From Spirochaetia bacterium (GTDB lineage Bacteria > Spirochaetota > Spirochaetia > SZUA-6 > Bin103), in assembly GCA_965208575.1 (NCBI GenBank), contig CBDBOV010000006.1, positions 416,001 to 480,000 of the forward strand: a DNA stretch of 64,000 nucleotides, read 5' to 3'. How positions within the stretch are numbered: the stretch's first letter is position 1; each line of letters opens with the position of its first letter. Positions 22,159 through 33,778 of this stretch are shown here, piece after piece. The translations under genes were made by a program, and so were the position numbers. The notes under the pieces were generated by a model. It saw only the letters and a list, made by a program, of their open reading frames with translations, did no database searches and was not told the DNA's origin.

Positions 22159-23331
22159 CTAACGGTAGCGGACGACCACGAGCTTGCCGTCCTCGACCGC
22201 CATCTGCTGGTAGTTGCCCGCGCTTTCGCCCGCGCCCACCAGTTCCACCGCCGACGCGCCGACGTAGTCGACGTCGCCCCCGTCCGCGAGGATGCCGAGC
22301 GCCTTGGCCAGCTCACCGGGGAAGATCTGCTCGCCGGGCGCGTTGGCCACCGCCATCACGTGGTCCTTGAACTCCCCGCTGTCGGTCGACCCCGCCGCCT
22401 GCATGGCCAGCAGGATCAGGGCCGCCGCGTCGTACGACTCCTTCACGAACGGCTGGCTGGCCGACTCCAACATGTCGCCGAGCTTGGTGGCGCCGGGACT
22501 GTCGGTGCCGGGCACGGTGCCGATCGACCCGTCCAGGTCGGGTCCGATCGCCTCGACCAGGCTGTCGCCGATCATGCCGTCGGGGAGAAAGAAGCGGTCG
22601 AACGCGCCCGAATCGAGCGCCCCCTGGATGATGCCCTTGCCGCCCTGGTCGAGGTAGCCGGCCACGATCAGGATGTCGCCGCCGACCGCCGCGAGCGCGG
22701 CAACCTCGGCGCTGTAGTCGCCCTTGCCGTCTTCGTGCGGCGCGGAAATGGTGATGGTTCCGCCGCGCCCCGTGACGTTGGCCTCTATGCTGTCGGCGAG
22801 GCCCTTGCCGTAGTCGTTGTTGGTGTAGGTCATCGCGGCTTCCTCGATGCCCATCTCCTGCAGGATGTCGGCGATCACCTCGCCCTGCCGGGCGTCGGAC
22901 GGCGCGGTGCGGAAGAACAGCCCGTCGTCCTCGATGGTGGACAGCGCCGGCGAGGTGGCCGACGGGGAGATCATCACGATGCCGTTGGGCTTGGCCACCT
23001 GCTGCAGCATGGCGATGGTCACGCCCGAGCAGTCGCCGCCGACGATGGCATCGACCCGGTCGGCGGTGACCAGCCGTTCAGCGGCCGCAACCGCCGCGGC
23101 GGAGTCGATGCAGGTCGTATCGCCCCGGACCGAGGTCACCCGCAGGCCGCCGAGCAGCGCGCCGCTGTCGTTGACCTCCTTGATCGCGAAATCAGCGCCA
23201 TCTCCCATCGGCCCCACCAACGACTCGATCGGGCCGGTGAAGCCGAGCAGCACGCCGAGCTTGACATCGTCAGCGAACGCTGCACCGAGTGGCAACAGCA
23301 CCATCAACCCGAAAGCCGCAACACGTCTCAT
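22159..23331 (-). CDS. ABC substrate-binding protein (LivJ/K-like)
   Basis: Signal peptide MRRVAAFGLMVLLPLGAAFA, ISPSATSP, FFRTAPSD, NNDYG; GGAGG SD; real part of the 1290-aa track ORF. Confidence 0.9.
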   Translation of the reverse strand: MRRVAAFGLMVLLPLGAAFADDVKLGVLLGFTGPIESLVGPMGDGADFAIKEVNDSGALLGGLRVTSVRGDTTCIDSAAAVAAAERLVTADRVDAIVGGDCSGVTIAMLQQVAKPNGIVMISPSATSPALSTIEDDGLFFRTAPSDARQGEVIADILQEMGIEEAAMTYTNNDYGKGLADSIEANVTGRGGTITISAPHEDGKGDYSAEVAALAAVGGDILIVAGYLDQGGKGIIQGALDSGAFDRFFLPDGMIGDSLVEAIGPDLDGSIGTVPGTDSPGATKLGDMLESASQPFVKESYDAAALILLAMQAAGSTDSGEFKDHVMAVANAPGEQIFPGELAKALGILADGGDVDYVGASAVELVGAGESAGNYQQMAVEDGKLVVVRYR

Positions 23332-23422
23332 TCGAACACCTCCTGTGCTCCCTGTCCTGTTCGACTGCGCCCGAAGCCGGCCACCATGGCGACCTCGACC
23401 GTCTGCTGCCCAAAGTGTACCG

Positions 23423-23468
23423 CGAGTAACGAATCCGCACAATCGAGTAACGAGTCGGCACAATCGAG
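23423..23468. repeat. 21-bp tandem direct repeat upstream of the ABC operon
   Basis: CGAGTAACGAATCCGCACAAT, CGAGTAACGAGTCGGCACAAT, then partial CGAG. Confidence 0.8.
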
Positions 23469-23739
23469 CATGGTTGCCCTGGGGGCCATTGGGAGGCGCG
23501 AAGGGAACGCGGGGACGCCGGGACGACGCCGGGACGCGCGCAAGGTTGACCGCCGGGCGCCGCCTGAATACTATGGCAAGGCTATTCCGAGGATGCTGGC
23601 TGATCGGCGATGCGCGCACATCGATTCTCCCCGCCTCCCGTGTCACGGGGGCGACCGTGTCCACTCCACGCGGCGGGCCCGTTCCACGCGGCAGCCCGGC
23701 TGTGAGGTATTCATGCATGACGGATGCCGGAGGTAGCTG

Positions 23740-24720
23740 ATGGGAGCAGCAATTCGTGCGCTTGGCGCCTACGTGCCCCAACGGCGAATGTCGAATCACG
23801 AGTTCGAGCAGTTTCTCGACACCTCCGACGAATGGATTCAGTCCCACACCGGAATCAAGTTCCGCCACGTTGCGAGCGCGGATGAAGCGCCGTCCGACCT
23901 GGGATTCCGGGCCGCCGAACAAGCGCTCGACCGCGCCGGCCTGTCGCCCGATCAACTGGGCATGGTCCTGGTCGCCACCGCCTCCGGCGACCACCTCGGG
24001 TTTCCATCCACCGCGTGCATCATTCAGGACAAGCTGGGCGCCCGCAACTCGGCCGCCATGGACCTGCTGGTGGGTTGCACCGGGTTCGTGTACGGGTTGG
24101 AGACGGCCAAGGGGTTGATCGCCTCGGGTGCGGCGGAGCACATCCTGCTGGTCGGCAGCGAAGTGCTCACCCGCATCATGGACTGGGAGGATCGCAACAC
24201 CGCCGTACTGTTCGGCGACGGCGCAGGCGCCGCGGTGATCTCCCACTCCAACAACGGATGCGGCATCCTGGACTCGTTTCTGCGCTCCGACGGCTCCGGT
24301 GCACGGGCGCTGGCACGCGAGGCGGGCGGCACCCGCAGCCCGTTCAAGCCGGGTGAGACCGATCATCGCGAGCTGCTCCTCAAGATGGAGGGGCGCATGG
24401 TATATAACTTCGCCGTACAAGTAATTGTCGATACCGTGACGACCATCCTCAAGCGCAACGGGCTGACCATAGCCGACATCAAGTACATCGTTCCCCATCA
24501 AGCCAACGAACGGATCATCGAAGCCGCGGCCAAGCGCAGCCGCATACCGCGGGACAAGTTCTTCGTGAACATCGCCGAATATGCGAACACGTCGGCGGCC
24601 ACCATACCGATCGCCCTCAACGACCTGGTGGAGCGGGAGTTGCTCGATGAGGGAGACCTGATCGTGACGGCGGGCTTCGGCGCCGGTCTGACGTTCGGCG
24701 GCAATCTCGTGCGCTGGTAG
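23740..24720 (+). CDS. fabH: Beta-ketoacyl-ACP synthase III
   Basis: DTSDEWI..HTGI, GCTGF, FGDGAGA, PHQAN, ANTSAA, GFGAG. Confidence 0.95.
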   Translation: MGAAIRALGAYVPQRRMSNHEFEQFLDTSDEWIQSHTGIKFRHVASADEAPSDLGFRAAEQALDRAGLSPDQLGMVLVATASGDHLGFPSTACIIQDKLGARNSAAMDLLVGCTGFVYGLETAKGLIASGAAEHILLVGSEVLTRIMDWEDRNTAVLFGDGAGAAVISHSNNGCGILDSFLRSDGSGARALAREAGGTRSPFKPGETDHRELLLKMEGRMVYNFAVQVIVDTVTTILKRNGLTIADIKYIVPHQANERIIEAAAKRSRIPRDKFFVNIAEYANTSAATIPIALNDLVERELLDEGDLIVTAGFGAGLTFGGNLVRW

Positions 24721-24723
24721 CGG

Positions 24724-26171
<1,448 letters not shown>

Positions 26172-26175
<4 letters not shown>

Positions 26176-26273
26176 CCCGCGCCGCCGAGCTGGGAGCGCA
26201 GTACGCCACGGTGGAGGAGATCCTGGAGCAGCCGTCGCCGCTCGGCGGGCGCCTCGCGCAAGGCCGGGGCTGA
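26172..26273 (+). pseudogene. 33-aa ORF, possible remnant of an SIS-domain sugar-phosphate isomerase N-terminus
   Basis: ATGA-coupled to the upstream stop; [21 protein letters not shown] resembles the T-x-x-EI-x-EQP start of AgaS/GlmS-type SIS proteins. Confidence 0.4.
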
Positions 26274-26275
26274 CC

Positions 26276-27148
26276 GTGGCCGGGGGGCGCCGCGACCGCG
26301 CGCAGCAGGTGGCGGTGCTGCGGGTACGGGGCACGGACAGCCACCGGACGCCCGACCTGCTGGCGGTCGAGGAACCGCTGGAGATTCGCGTCGGGCGTGC
26401 CGGCGCCCCGGCGAACGAGGGAGAGCGCAACGTGGCCGTGACCATGCGCACGCCCGGCCACGACTTCGAGCTCGCGGCCGGGTTCCTGTTCAACGAGGGC
26501 TTTGTCCGCCGCCCCGGCGACCTGGTCGACGTCCGCTACTGCCCGCGCGAGGACAACGTGGTGCGCGCTTCGCTGGCCGGCGATGCCAGCCACATCGCGG
26601 ACCGCGGAGCCGATGCCCGCGGCGAGCGCCTGCCGGCGACCGCGAGTTGCGGCGTGTGCGGCAAGGACTCCATTGCCGCGGTGCTGGCCACCGTTCCGGA
26701 GCCCGTGGCCGCGGACGATGCCGAATGCGGCCCGCACGTGGACGTGGCGGTGCTGCACGGCCTGCCGGAGGAGTTGCGCCGCCACCAGCGCACGTTCGCG
26801 CAGACCGGCGGACTGCATGCGGCGGCGTGGTTCGGCGCCGCCGGCGGGCTGCGGCTGCTGCGCGAGGACATCGGACGCCACAACGCGCTCGACAAGCTGA
26901 TCGGCCACGCACTGCTCGCCGGCGCGCTGCCGCTGCGCGATGCGGTGGTGCTGTTCAGCGGGCGTACCGGTTTCGAGCTGGTGCAGAAGGCAGCATGTGC
27001 CGGCATCCGCTTCCTGGCGGCGGTCGGCGCCCCCTCCAGCCTGGCGTGCGAGCTGGCGCACGAGTTGCGCATCACCCTGGTCGGCTTCCTGCGCGACGGG
27101 CGGTGCAACATTTACACCGGCGCCGGCCGGGTCACAGGGATCGCATAG
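26276..27148 (+). CDS. fdhD: Formate dehydrogenase accessory sulfurtransferase
   Basis: VEEPLEI, MRTPG, SCGVCG, TGGLHAA, EDIGRHNALDKLIG. Confidence 0.95.
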   Translation: MAGGRRDRAQQVAVLRVRGTDSHRTPDLLAVEEPLEIRVGRAGAPANEGERNVAVTMRTPGHDFELAAGFLFNEGFVRRPGDLVDVRYCPREDNVVRASLAGDASHIADRGADARGERLPATASCGVCGKDSIAAVLATVPEPVAADDAECGPHVDVAVLHGLPEELRRHQRTFAQTGGLHAAAWFGAAGGLRLLREDIGRHNALDKLIGHALLAGALPLRDAVVLFSGRTGFELVQKAACAGIRFLAAVGAPSSLACELAHELRITLVGFLRDGRCNIYTGAGRVTGIA

Positions 27149-27195
27149 CGGCTCGAAATCGCCGCCTTCGGCGCCGCGTCCGGCCGGCCCGCAGC

Positions 27196-28134
27196 TCAGC
27201 TTCGCTCCGGCTGCTCGGGGCGGTTTTGCACGAACTGGAAGCCGAAGCGCCCCTTGATGCACAGGTGACCGTGGGTCACCGAGTGGTCCGCCGGCGAGGT
27301 GACCTTGACGATCTCCTCGTCCTGTACATGCAGTTCCAGGTTGCAGCCCACGCCGCAGTAGGAGCACACCGTGCGGGTCACCTCCTGGCGCGACTCGTCC
27401 CAGGTGCCGGCAGCGCGGTGATCGAACTCGCTCTTGAACATGAGCGCCCCGGTCGGACACACGCCGATGCAGTTGCCGCAGTAGACGCACGCCGAATCGG
27501 GCAGCGGCTGCTCGTATTCGGTGGCGATGCGGGCATCGAAGCCGCGCCCCGCCACCGCGATGGCGAACGTGTTCTGGGCGTCCTCGCCGCACGCCTCGAC
27601 GCACTTGTAGCACAGGATGCAGCGCTTGTAGTCGCGCACGTACAGGTCGTCCTGCACCTTGGCGGGCTGGCCGACGGTGGCCGCGGCGGTCCCGTCGGGG
27701 ACGGCGTGGTGGCCGGCGTGCTGCCGTTCCCGCTCGCCCGGCGCGGCGTCCGGCGCCGGCTGGCCGAACCGCTCCGGCTCGGCGCCGTAGGCCGCCTGCC
27801 AGCGCTGCACAGCCTCACCGGCGCAACTGAGGTCCACCGAGGAGGCGAGCAGCTCCAGCACCAGGCGGCGGCTGTGGCGCACGCGCTCGGAGTCGGTACG
27901 CACCTGCATGCCATCGGCGGCGGTGCGCGCGCACGCCGGCACCAGGGTACGTGAACCCTCCAGTTCGACCACGCACACGCGGCAGGCGTTGACCGGGGTC
28001 AGGTTGTCGGCGAAGCACATGGTGGGGGTGTCGATCGCCAACTGCCGGCAGGCATCGAGAATGGTGGCGCCCTCCGCCACCTGGACCGTGCGCCCATCCA
28101 CCGTGAGGGTCACGCCGCGCTGCGACTCGTTCAT
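27196..28134 (-). CDS. Fe-S subunit of NAD-linked formate dehydrogenase (2Fe-2S, 2x4Fe-4S, C-terminal Molybdop_Fe4S4)
   Basis: CRVCVVE..AC, CILCYKC..C, CVYCGNC..CP, TVCSYCGVGC...LCIKGRFG. Confidence 0.9.
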   Translation of the reverse strand: MNESQRGVTLTVDGRTVQVAEGATILDACRQLAIDTPTMCFADNLTPVNACRVCVVELEGSRTLVPACARTAADGMQVRTDSERVRHSRRLVLELLASSVDLSCAGEAVQRWQAAYGAEPERFGQPAPDAAPGERERQHAGHHAVPDGTAAATVGQPAKVQDDLYVRDYKRCILCYKCVEACGEDAQNTFAIAVAGRGFDARIATEYEQPLPDSACVYCGNCIGVCPTGALMFKSEFDHRAAGTWDESRQEVTRTVCSYCGVGCNLELHVQDEEIVKVTSPADHSVTHGHLCIKGRFGFQFVQNRPEQPERS

Positions 28135-30294
28135 TTATCCTTCTCCGTTGCGATCGAGCAGCCCGAGACGCAACGCCGACTGCAATGCCGAGGCCGCCGT
28201 GTGGCCGAGGCCGCAGATCGATGCGTCGTTCATGACCTGTGCCAGGTCGGCGAGCAGCGCGTGCTCCGCGCCGCCGCCGGCGGCCCACCGCTGCAGCGCT
28301 TCTTCCTGGCGCACCGTGCCCACCCGGCACGGCACGCACTGGCCGCACGACTCGTCGCGGAAGAACTGCGCGATGCGGCGGACGATGTCGAGGAAGTCGG
28401 TGCCGGGTGCGAATGGCATCACGACGCCGGAGCCGAGCGTGGTGCCGGCGGCGCGCGTGTCCTCGAAGGTGAGCGGCAGATCGAAGTGCTCCGGGCCGAC
28501 AAAGCTGCCGGCGGCGCCGCCGAGCAGGATGGCGCGCGGCTGACCGCCGGTGGTGCCGCCGGCCAGCGCCAGCAGGTCGCGCAGGGTGGTGCCGAACTCC
28601 ACCTCGTAGACGCCCGGCGCGGCGACGGCGCCGGACAGGCAGAACAACTTGGGGCCGGAGGACTGCCCGGTGCCGACGGCCGCGTAGGCACGGCCGCCGT
28701 CGCGCACGATCGGCAGCAGGTTGATCAGCGTCTCCACGTTGTTGACCGCGGTCGGCTTGCCGAACAGCCCCGCCTCGGTCGGATAGGGCGGCTTGCTGCG
28801 CGGCTCGCCGCGGAATCCCTCCAGCGAGTTGAACAGCGCCGTCTCTTCGCCGCAGATATAGGCTCCCGCACCGCGCCGCACTTCGACGTCGAAGTCGACC
28901 CCGAGACCCATGATGTCGCGCCCGAGCAGGCCCCAGGCGCGCGCCTGCGCGATGGCATGCAGCAGGCGGCGCGTGGCCAGCGGGTACTCGCCGCGGATAT
29001 ACAGGTAGCCGGTGGCGGCGCCGGTGGTGAAGCCGGCGATCACCAGCGCCTCGATCACGGCGAAGGGATCCTGCTCCATCACCACCCGATCCTTGAACGT
29101 ACCCGGCTCCGACTCGTCGGCGTTGCACACCACGTAGTGCGGGCGCGCCGCGGCGCCCGCTACCGCCTCCCACTTGGCGGCGGTCGGGAAGGCGGCGCCG
29201 CCGCGGCCCTGCAGCCGGGAGTCGCGCAGCTCGCGCAGCACGCCGGCGGGTCCGAGCTCAACGGCGCGGCGCAGCGCGGCGCAGCCGCCGTGGCGGCGGT
29301 AGTCGCTGAGGCTCTCGGGATCGGCCCGCCCTACCCGCCGCAGCAGGATCAACTCCGCGGCGGCGGCCGGGTCGGCCGCCTGCGGTACGGAGTGCAGCGC
29401 GGACGGTCCGGCAGCGCGCGCCCGACCGGCGGCCGGGCGCGCGGCGGGCGTACCGGGGGCAGCGCCGGCGGGCCGGCGGCCGGCCGCGTTGCCGGCATCG
29501 GGATCGTCGCCGTGCGGCCCCGCGGCGGCTGGTGCAGCCACCGGTGCGGCATGGGGGGCGGCACGGTCGGGCGCCGCACCGGCGGTCCGTTCGAGCGCGG
29601 TGCAGACCGCATCGGCGGTGGCCGGAGCCAGGGTGGCGCCGGGTTCGCCGGCCAGTTGCAGCAGTACCGCGGGGGCCGCCTCGCACAGCCCCAGGCAGGG
29701 GCTGGTTACCCATGTCGCATGCGCGTCGGCAGAGTGACCCGCGCCGGCTTCGGCAGCGGTACCGCCCGCGCCCGGCCGGTCGACGCCGTTGCCGCCCGCG
29801 CCGCTGCCGTGGCCGGGAGCGCCGTAGTGCGCGGCCTTCGCCGGCACGCCGTCGTGGTGCGCGGGGCCGAGCCGCTGCGCGAGCCGGCGGCACAGCTCCA
29901 GCGCGCCGGCGCCACGGCAGGCGATGTCGTCGCACACGTGAGCCACGCGCGGCGGTTGCTCGGTAGTGGCTAGCAGGGAGTAGAAGGTGGCCACTCCGTA
30001 GGCCTCGGCCGGCGGCACGCCGAGGCGTTCGCTGACGTAGTTCAGCGCCGTCGGGCTGATCCAGCCGACCGCGTCCTGGACGCCGTTCAGCGCCGGCAGC
30101 AGCAGGTGGCGGACGCGGTGCCGGGCGCGTGTTCCGCCGATCCCTGCCCGGCCGCCCGCGCCGGCCTGCCCGGGCGCGCCGCCGGCGTCAGGGAGCAGGG
30201 CGCCCTCGGCGGGCGAACGGACGCCGGCCAGCACCGCGTCGACCGCGGCCCGTTCGGCGTCGGTGGGCGGTGCGGCGGAGAGGTGCAGATCCAT
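28135..30294 (-). CDS. NuoE-NuoF (FdsG-FdsB-like) fused diaphorase subunit
   Basis: ATFY, CDDIAC, CLGLC (NuoE-like); GRGGAAF, CNADESEPGTFKDR, GAYICGEETAL, ESCGQCVPCR, SICGLG (NuoF-like). Confidence 0.92.
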   Translation of the reverse strand: MDLHLSAAPPTDAERAAVDAVLAGVRSPAEGALLPDAGGAPGQAGAGGRAGIGGTRARHRVRHLLLPALNGVQDAVGWISPTALNYVSERLGVPPAEAYGVATFYSLLATTEQPPRVAHVCDDIACRGAGALELCRRLAQRLGPAHHDGVPAKAAHYGAPGHGSGAGGNGVDRPGAGGTAAEAGAGHSADAHATWVTSPCLGLCEAAPAVLLQLAGEPGATLAPATADAVCTALERTAGAAPDRAAPHAAPVAAPAAAGPHGDDPDAGNAAGRRPAGAAPGTPAARPAAGRARAAGPSALHSVPQAADPAAAAELILLRRVGRADPESLSDYRRHGGCAALRRAVELGPAGVLRELRDSRLQGRGGAAFPTAAKWEAVAGAAARPHYVVCNADESEPGTFKDRVVMEQDPFAVIEALVIAGFTTGAATGYLYIRGEYPLATRRLLHAIAQARAWGLLGRDIMGLGVDFDVEVRRGAGAYICGEETALFNSLEGFRGEPRSKPPYPTEAGLFGKPTAVNNVETLINLLPIVRDGGRAYAAVGTGQSSGPKLFCLSGAVAAPGVYEVEFGTTLRDLLALAGGTTGGQPRAILLGGAAGSFVGPEHFDLPLTFEDTRAAGTTLGSGVVMPFAPGTDFLDIVRRIAQFFRDESCGQCVPCRVGTVRQEEALQRWAAGGGAEHALLADLAQVMNDASICGLGHTAASALQSALRLGLLDRNGEG

Positions 30295-32207
30295 CAGCGG
30301 GCGGCGCCTGCCGACGCGGCCAGCTTGTCGATGCGGATGGCGGTGGCCTTGAATTCGGCGGTACCGGACTTGCGGTCCCAGGCGTCGATGGTGAGCCGGT
30401 TGGTATCCACGCGATCCGGGAAATGCAGGGTCATGAACACCAGGCCGGGGCGCAGCCCGTCGACGTACCGGGCGGTGACCTCGAGCGCGCCGCGGCGCGA
30501 GCTCACCCGTACCCGCTCGCCGTCTTCGACGCCGAGCCGGCGGCCATCTTCGGAACAGATGTCGACCGTGTCACCGGTGCGAATCGGCGACCGGTACCCG
30601 CCGGTCTGTACTCCCGTGTTGTAGGAGTCGAGGGTGCGGCCGGTAGTCAGGCGCAACGGGAACTGCTCGTCGAGCACGTCCACCGGAGGCTGGTGCTCAA
30701 GCGCGTGAAACGGCGCGGCGGGTCCTTCCAGCGGAACCCGCCACAGGCGGTCGTGCAGGATCGGGCTGCCGGGGTGGCGGTCGTGCGGGCACGGCCACTG
30801 AATGCCGCCCATCGCCTCGAGGCGCGCGTAGCTCATGCCGGTGTGCATCGGCGACAGGGAGCGCAGCTCGTCCCACACCTGCTCGGCGGTCGGCGCACCC
30901 CAGTCGTGACCGAGCAGGCGCGCGAGCGCGCACAGGATCGCCATGTCATCGCGCGCCCCGCCGGGCGGCGGCAGCGCCTTGCGCACCCGCTGCACGCGCC
31001 GCTCGCTGCTGGTGACGGTGCCTTCCGACTCCGCCCACGAGGCCGCCGCCGGCAGCACCACGTCCGCCATCCGGGCGGTGCGGGTAAGGAAAATGTCCTG
31101 CACGATGAGGTGGTCGAGGCCGCCGAGCAGGCTGCGCGCGCGCTCGCCGTCCGCCTCCGACTGCGCCGGGTTCTCGCCGATCACGTACAGCGTGGTCAGG
31201 TCGCCGTGCTCCATCGCCTCGAACATCTGCGACAGGTGCCAGCCGTTGGCGGACGGCACCGGTACGCCCCAGGCGGCCTCGAACCGGGCGCGCAGCGTGT
31301 CGTTCTCGACGTCCTGGAAGCCGGGCAGCTTGTTGGGCAGAGCGCCCATGTCGCCGCCGCCCTGCACGTTGTTCTGGCCGCGCAATGGGTTGAGACCGGA
31401 GCCGTAGCGGCCCACGTGGCCGGTGAGCAGCGCGAGGTTGATCAGGGCGAGCACGTTGTCCACCGCGTTGTGATGCTCGGTGATGCCGAGCGTCCAGCAG
31501 AGCTGGGCGCGGTCGGCGCTGGCGTAGGCGTGTGCCAGGCTGCGGATCGCCGCCGCCGGCACACCGGTCAGCTGTTCGCCGCGTTGCAGGGTAAAGGGCT
31601 CGACCGAGCGGCGGTAGTCGTCGAACCCGGCGGTGGCGTGCTCGATGAAGGCACGGTTCTCCAGGCCGGCGGCGATGATCTCGCGCGCCACCGTGTTGGA
31701 CAGTGCCACGTCGGAGCCCACGTCGAGCCCGAGCCACAGGTCCGCCCACTGCGCGGAGCTGGTGCGGCGCGGGTCCACGGTGATCATGCGCGCGCCGTTG
31801 TTGATCCCCTTCAACACGTGGTGGAAGAAGATCGGATGGGTCTCGCGCGCGTTGGAGCCCCACAGGATGATGAGGTCGGTGTCCTCCACCTCGCGGTAGG
31901 AACTGGTGCCGCCCCCGGCACCGAATACCGTCGCCAGACCGACGACGCTCGGTGCGTGTCAGGTGCGGTTACAGCTATCGATGTTGTTGCTGCCGACCGC
32001 CACGCGGGCGAACTTCTGGGCCAGGAAGTTCATCTCGTTGGTCGCCTTCGAGCAACTGAACAGCCCGAACGACCGGGTCGGGCCGCGCTTCCTGGCGGCG
32101 TCGATGCCGTGCGCCGCGCGCTGCAGCGCCTCGTCCCAGGTGGCCGGGCGAAGCGCGCCGCCGCTGCGCACCAACGGTTCGGTGAGTCGCGTGTAAGAAT
32201 TTCTCAT
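30294..32207 (-). CDS. Formate dehydrogenase catalytic (Mo/W-bis-PGD) subunit, selenocysteine-containing
   Basis: Track ORFs 31959-32240 and 30294-31889 are in frame and joined through TGA at 31959-31961: NNIDSCNRT-U-HAPSVVGL; also PLRGQNNVQG and LTTGR; GAGGAAGG SD before ATG 32207. Confidence 0.92.
31918..31955 (-). promoter_or_regulatory. Bacterial SECIS element
   Basis: 3' of UGA: GCACCGA-G-CGUCGUC-GGUCU-GGCGACG-GUAU-UCGGUGC hairpin; GGUCU apical loop as in the E. coli fdhF SECIS. Confidence 0.85.
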
Positions 32208-32436
32208 GATCCTTCCTCGTGTGTGGCCGCGCCGGTACAACGGTCCACCGCGACGCGGCCCAGTCTACTCACCTACGCGGCGGCGGTCCACCGGAATCCC
32301 GCCAATGTGCCAGGCGCCCGTTGACGTGGCCGTCCTGTCGCCGGCACCGCCAAGCGCCTGATCATCCTGCCTGCCGCGCGCATGTGGCCAAGGCCGGTAC
32401 GGGGCCCGCGAGCGCCGTCGCCGGACAGTCCGCTTC

Positions 32437-33696
32437 CTACTCTCGCCAGGGCACGATCTGCCCATCAGCCGCGCAGACCGGCTCGTACTCGCTTTCCTGA
32501 CAAACAGCGATGCCGGCGGCGCGGGCCCGATCCGACGCGGGCCGGCTGAGTAGCAGCGATTCCAGAGCCAGGGTGTTGCGGATGCGGACCACGGCCGCGG
32601 CGTGCGCGGTGGCGCCGCAGGTGTGGATGGCCCAGCGCAGCGCCTCGGCGTCGTCGGCGGCCACCAGCGGCATGCGGCCGCGTTCCAGGAAGGTGCTGGT
32701 GAGCACGTTGGCGTTGGTCACCTCGTGGTCCACCTGCCGTTCGAAGCGGCGGGTGGTGACGTCGGCGAGGCCGATGCCGAGCGCGTTGCCGTGCGATGCC
32801 TCGGTCAGGCCGAGCACGACGATGCGGCGCACCCGCGGCGACGCCGGCTCGGCGACGCCGGCGATGCCGATGCGGCCCACCACGTTGGTGTCCATGCCGG
32901 TGCCGCTGATCTCCTTGCCGATCTCGTCCAGCACCAGCACGTCGATCTCGTCCAGCGGCAGGGTGGCCATGTTGCCGCGCGCCAGCGCCAGGCACTGCGC
33001 CTCGCACGCCGGAATGTCGGCGGCGCGCGCGGCGCGCACCGCGGCGGTCTGCTCGCGGCCGTCCTCCACCAGCGCCACGCCGCCGAGCAGCTTGCCGGAC
33101 GCACGCACCACGTCGAACGCCGGCCGGATCAGGTGCGCCAGCCCGTACACGCCGTGAAAGTGGATCGCCTCGGCGCCGAGGCGCTTGCCGAGCCCGATCA
33201 CCGCCATCTTGATCAGGCCGCTCTCCACCGGCCCGTGGAAGTCGGTGTGCGGCTTGACCCGGTTCACCACCAGCACGGCGTCCGCCTCACAGGCGTTGCG
33301 GTCCATGAACACGCGCACCGGCGGATCGCCGGCGGCGCCCAGTTCCACCGCCTCCATGGTAGCGCGCACCGGCACCCCCATCGAGTCGGACGTAATTCCC
33401 CAGCCGGCCAGCACTTCGCGCTGCCCCTCGGCGGTGGCGCCGCCGTGGCTGCCCATCGCCGGCACGATGAACGGCTGTGCCCCGTGCCGGCGCAGCCAGT
33501 CGACGATGCGGCGCGCCACCAGGGCATAGTTGGCCACCCCGCGGCTGCCCAGGCCCACCGCGATCCTGCGCCCCGCCACCTCGCCGGAACCAAAGGTATC
33601 GGTCAGCGCCCCCTGCACCGCCGCGCCCACGTCCGCAAGGGCGGCGCTCGGCACCTCGCGGCGGAACCGCGCCAGGTGTGGCAACTCAGATTTCAT
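32437..33696 (-). CDS. Lactate racemase (LarA)-like/DUF362 domain protein
   Basis: PAMGSHGGATAEGQ, NRVKPHTDF, ESGLIKM..IGLGK, GKEISGTGMDTNVVGR. Confidence 0.8.
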   Translation of the reverse strand: MKSELPHLARFRREVPSAALADVGAAVQGALTDTFGSGEVAGRRIAVGLGSRGVANYALVARRIVDWLRRHGAQPFIVPAMGSHGGATAEGQREVLAGWGITSDSMGVPVRATMEAVELGAAGDPPVRVFMDRNACEADAVLVVNRVKPHTDFHGPVESGLIKMAVIGLGKRLGAEAIHFHGVYGLAHLIRPAFDVVRASGKLLGGVALVEDGREQTAAVRAARAADIPACEAQCLALARGNMATLPLDEIDVLVLDEIGKEISGTGMDTNVVGRIGIAGVAEPASPRVRRIVVLGLTEASHGNALGIGLADVTTRRFERQVDHEVTNANVLTSTFLERGRMPLVAADDAEALRWAIHTCGATAHAAAVVRIRNTLALESLLLSRPASDRARAAGIAVCQESEYEPVCAADGQIVPWRE

Positions 33697-33778
33697 CGAA
33701 ACTCCATCTTAGCCGTCATGTAACCACTCGTATCGAATCATTGCGTGAGTCAGGCTGGCGGCAAACGAGTTCAACACG

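Noticed and set aside
31959-31961. FDH as a nonsense pseudogene
   Set aside because: The TGA sits exactly at the Cys/Sec ligand position and is followed by a SECIS-like hairpin
32241-32293. CGGTCCACCG direct repeat or Moco riboswitch upstream of FDH
   Set aside because: A 10-bp GC-rich match could be chance; no riboswitch fold could be supported by eye (an Rfam scan would decide)
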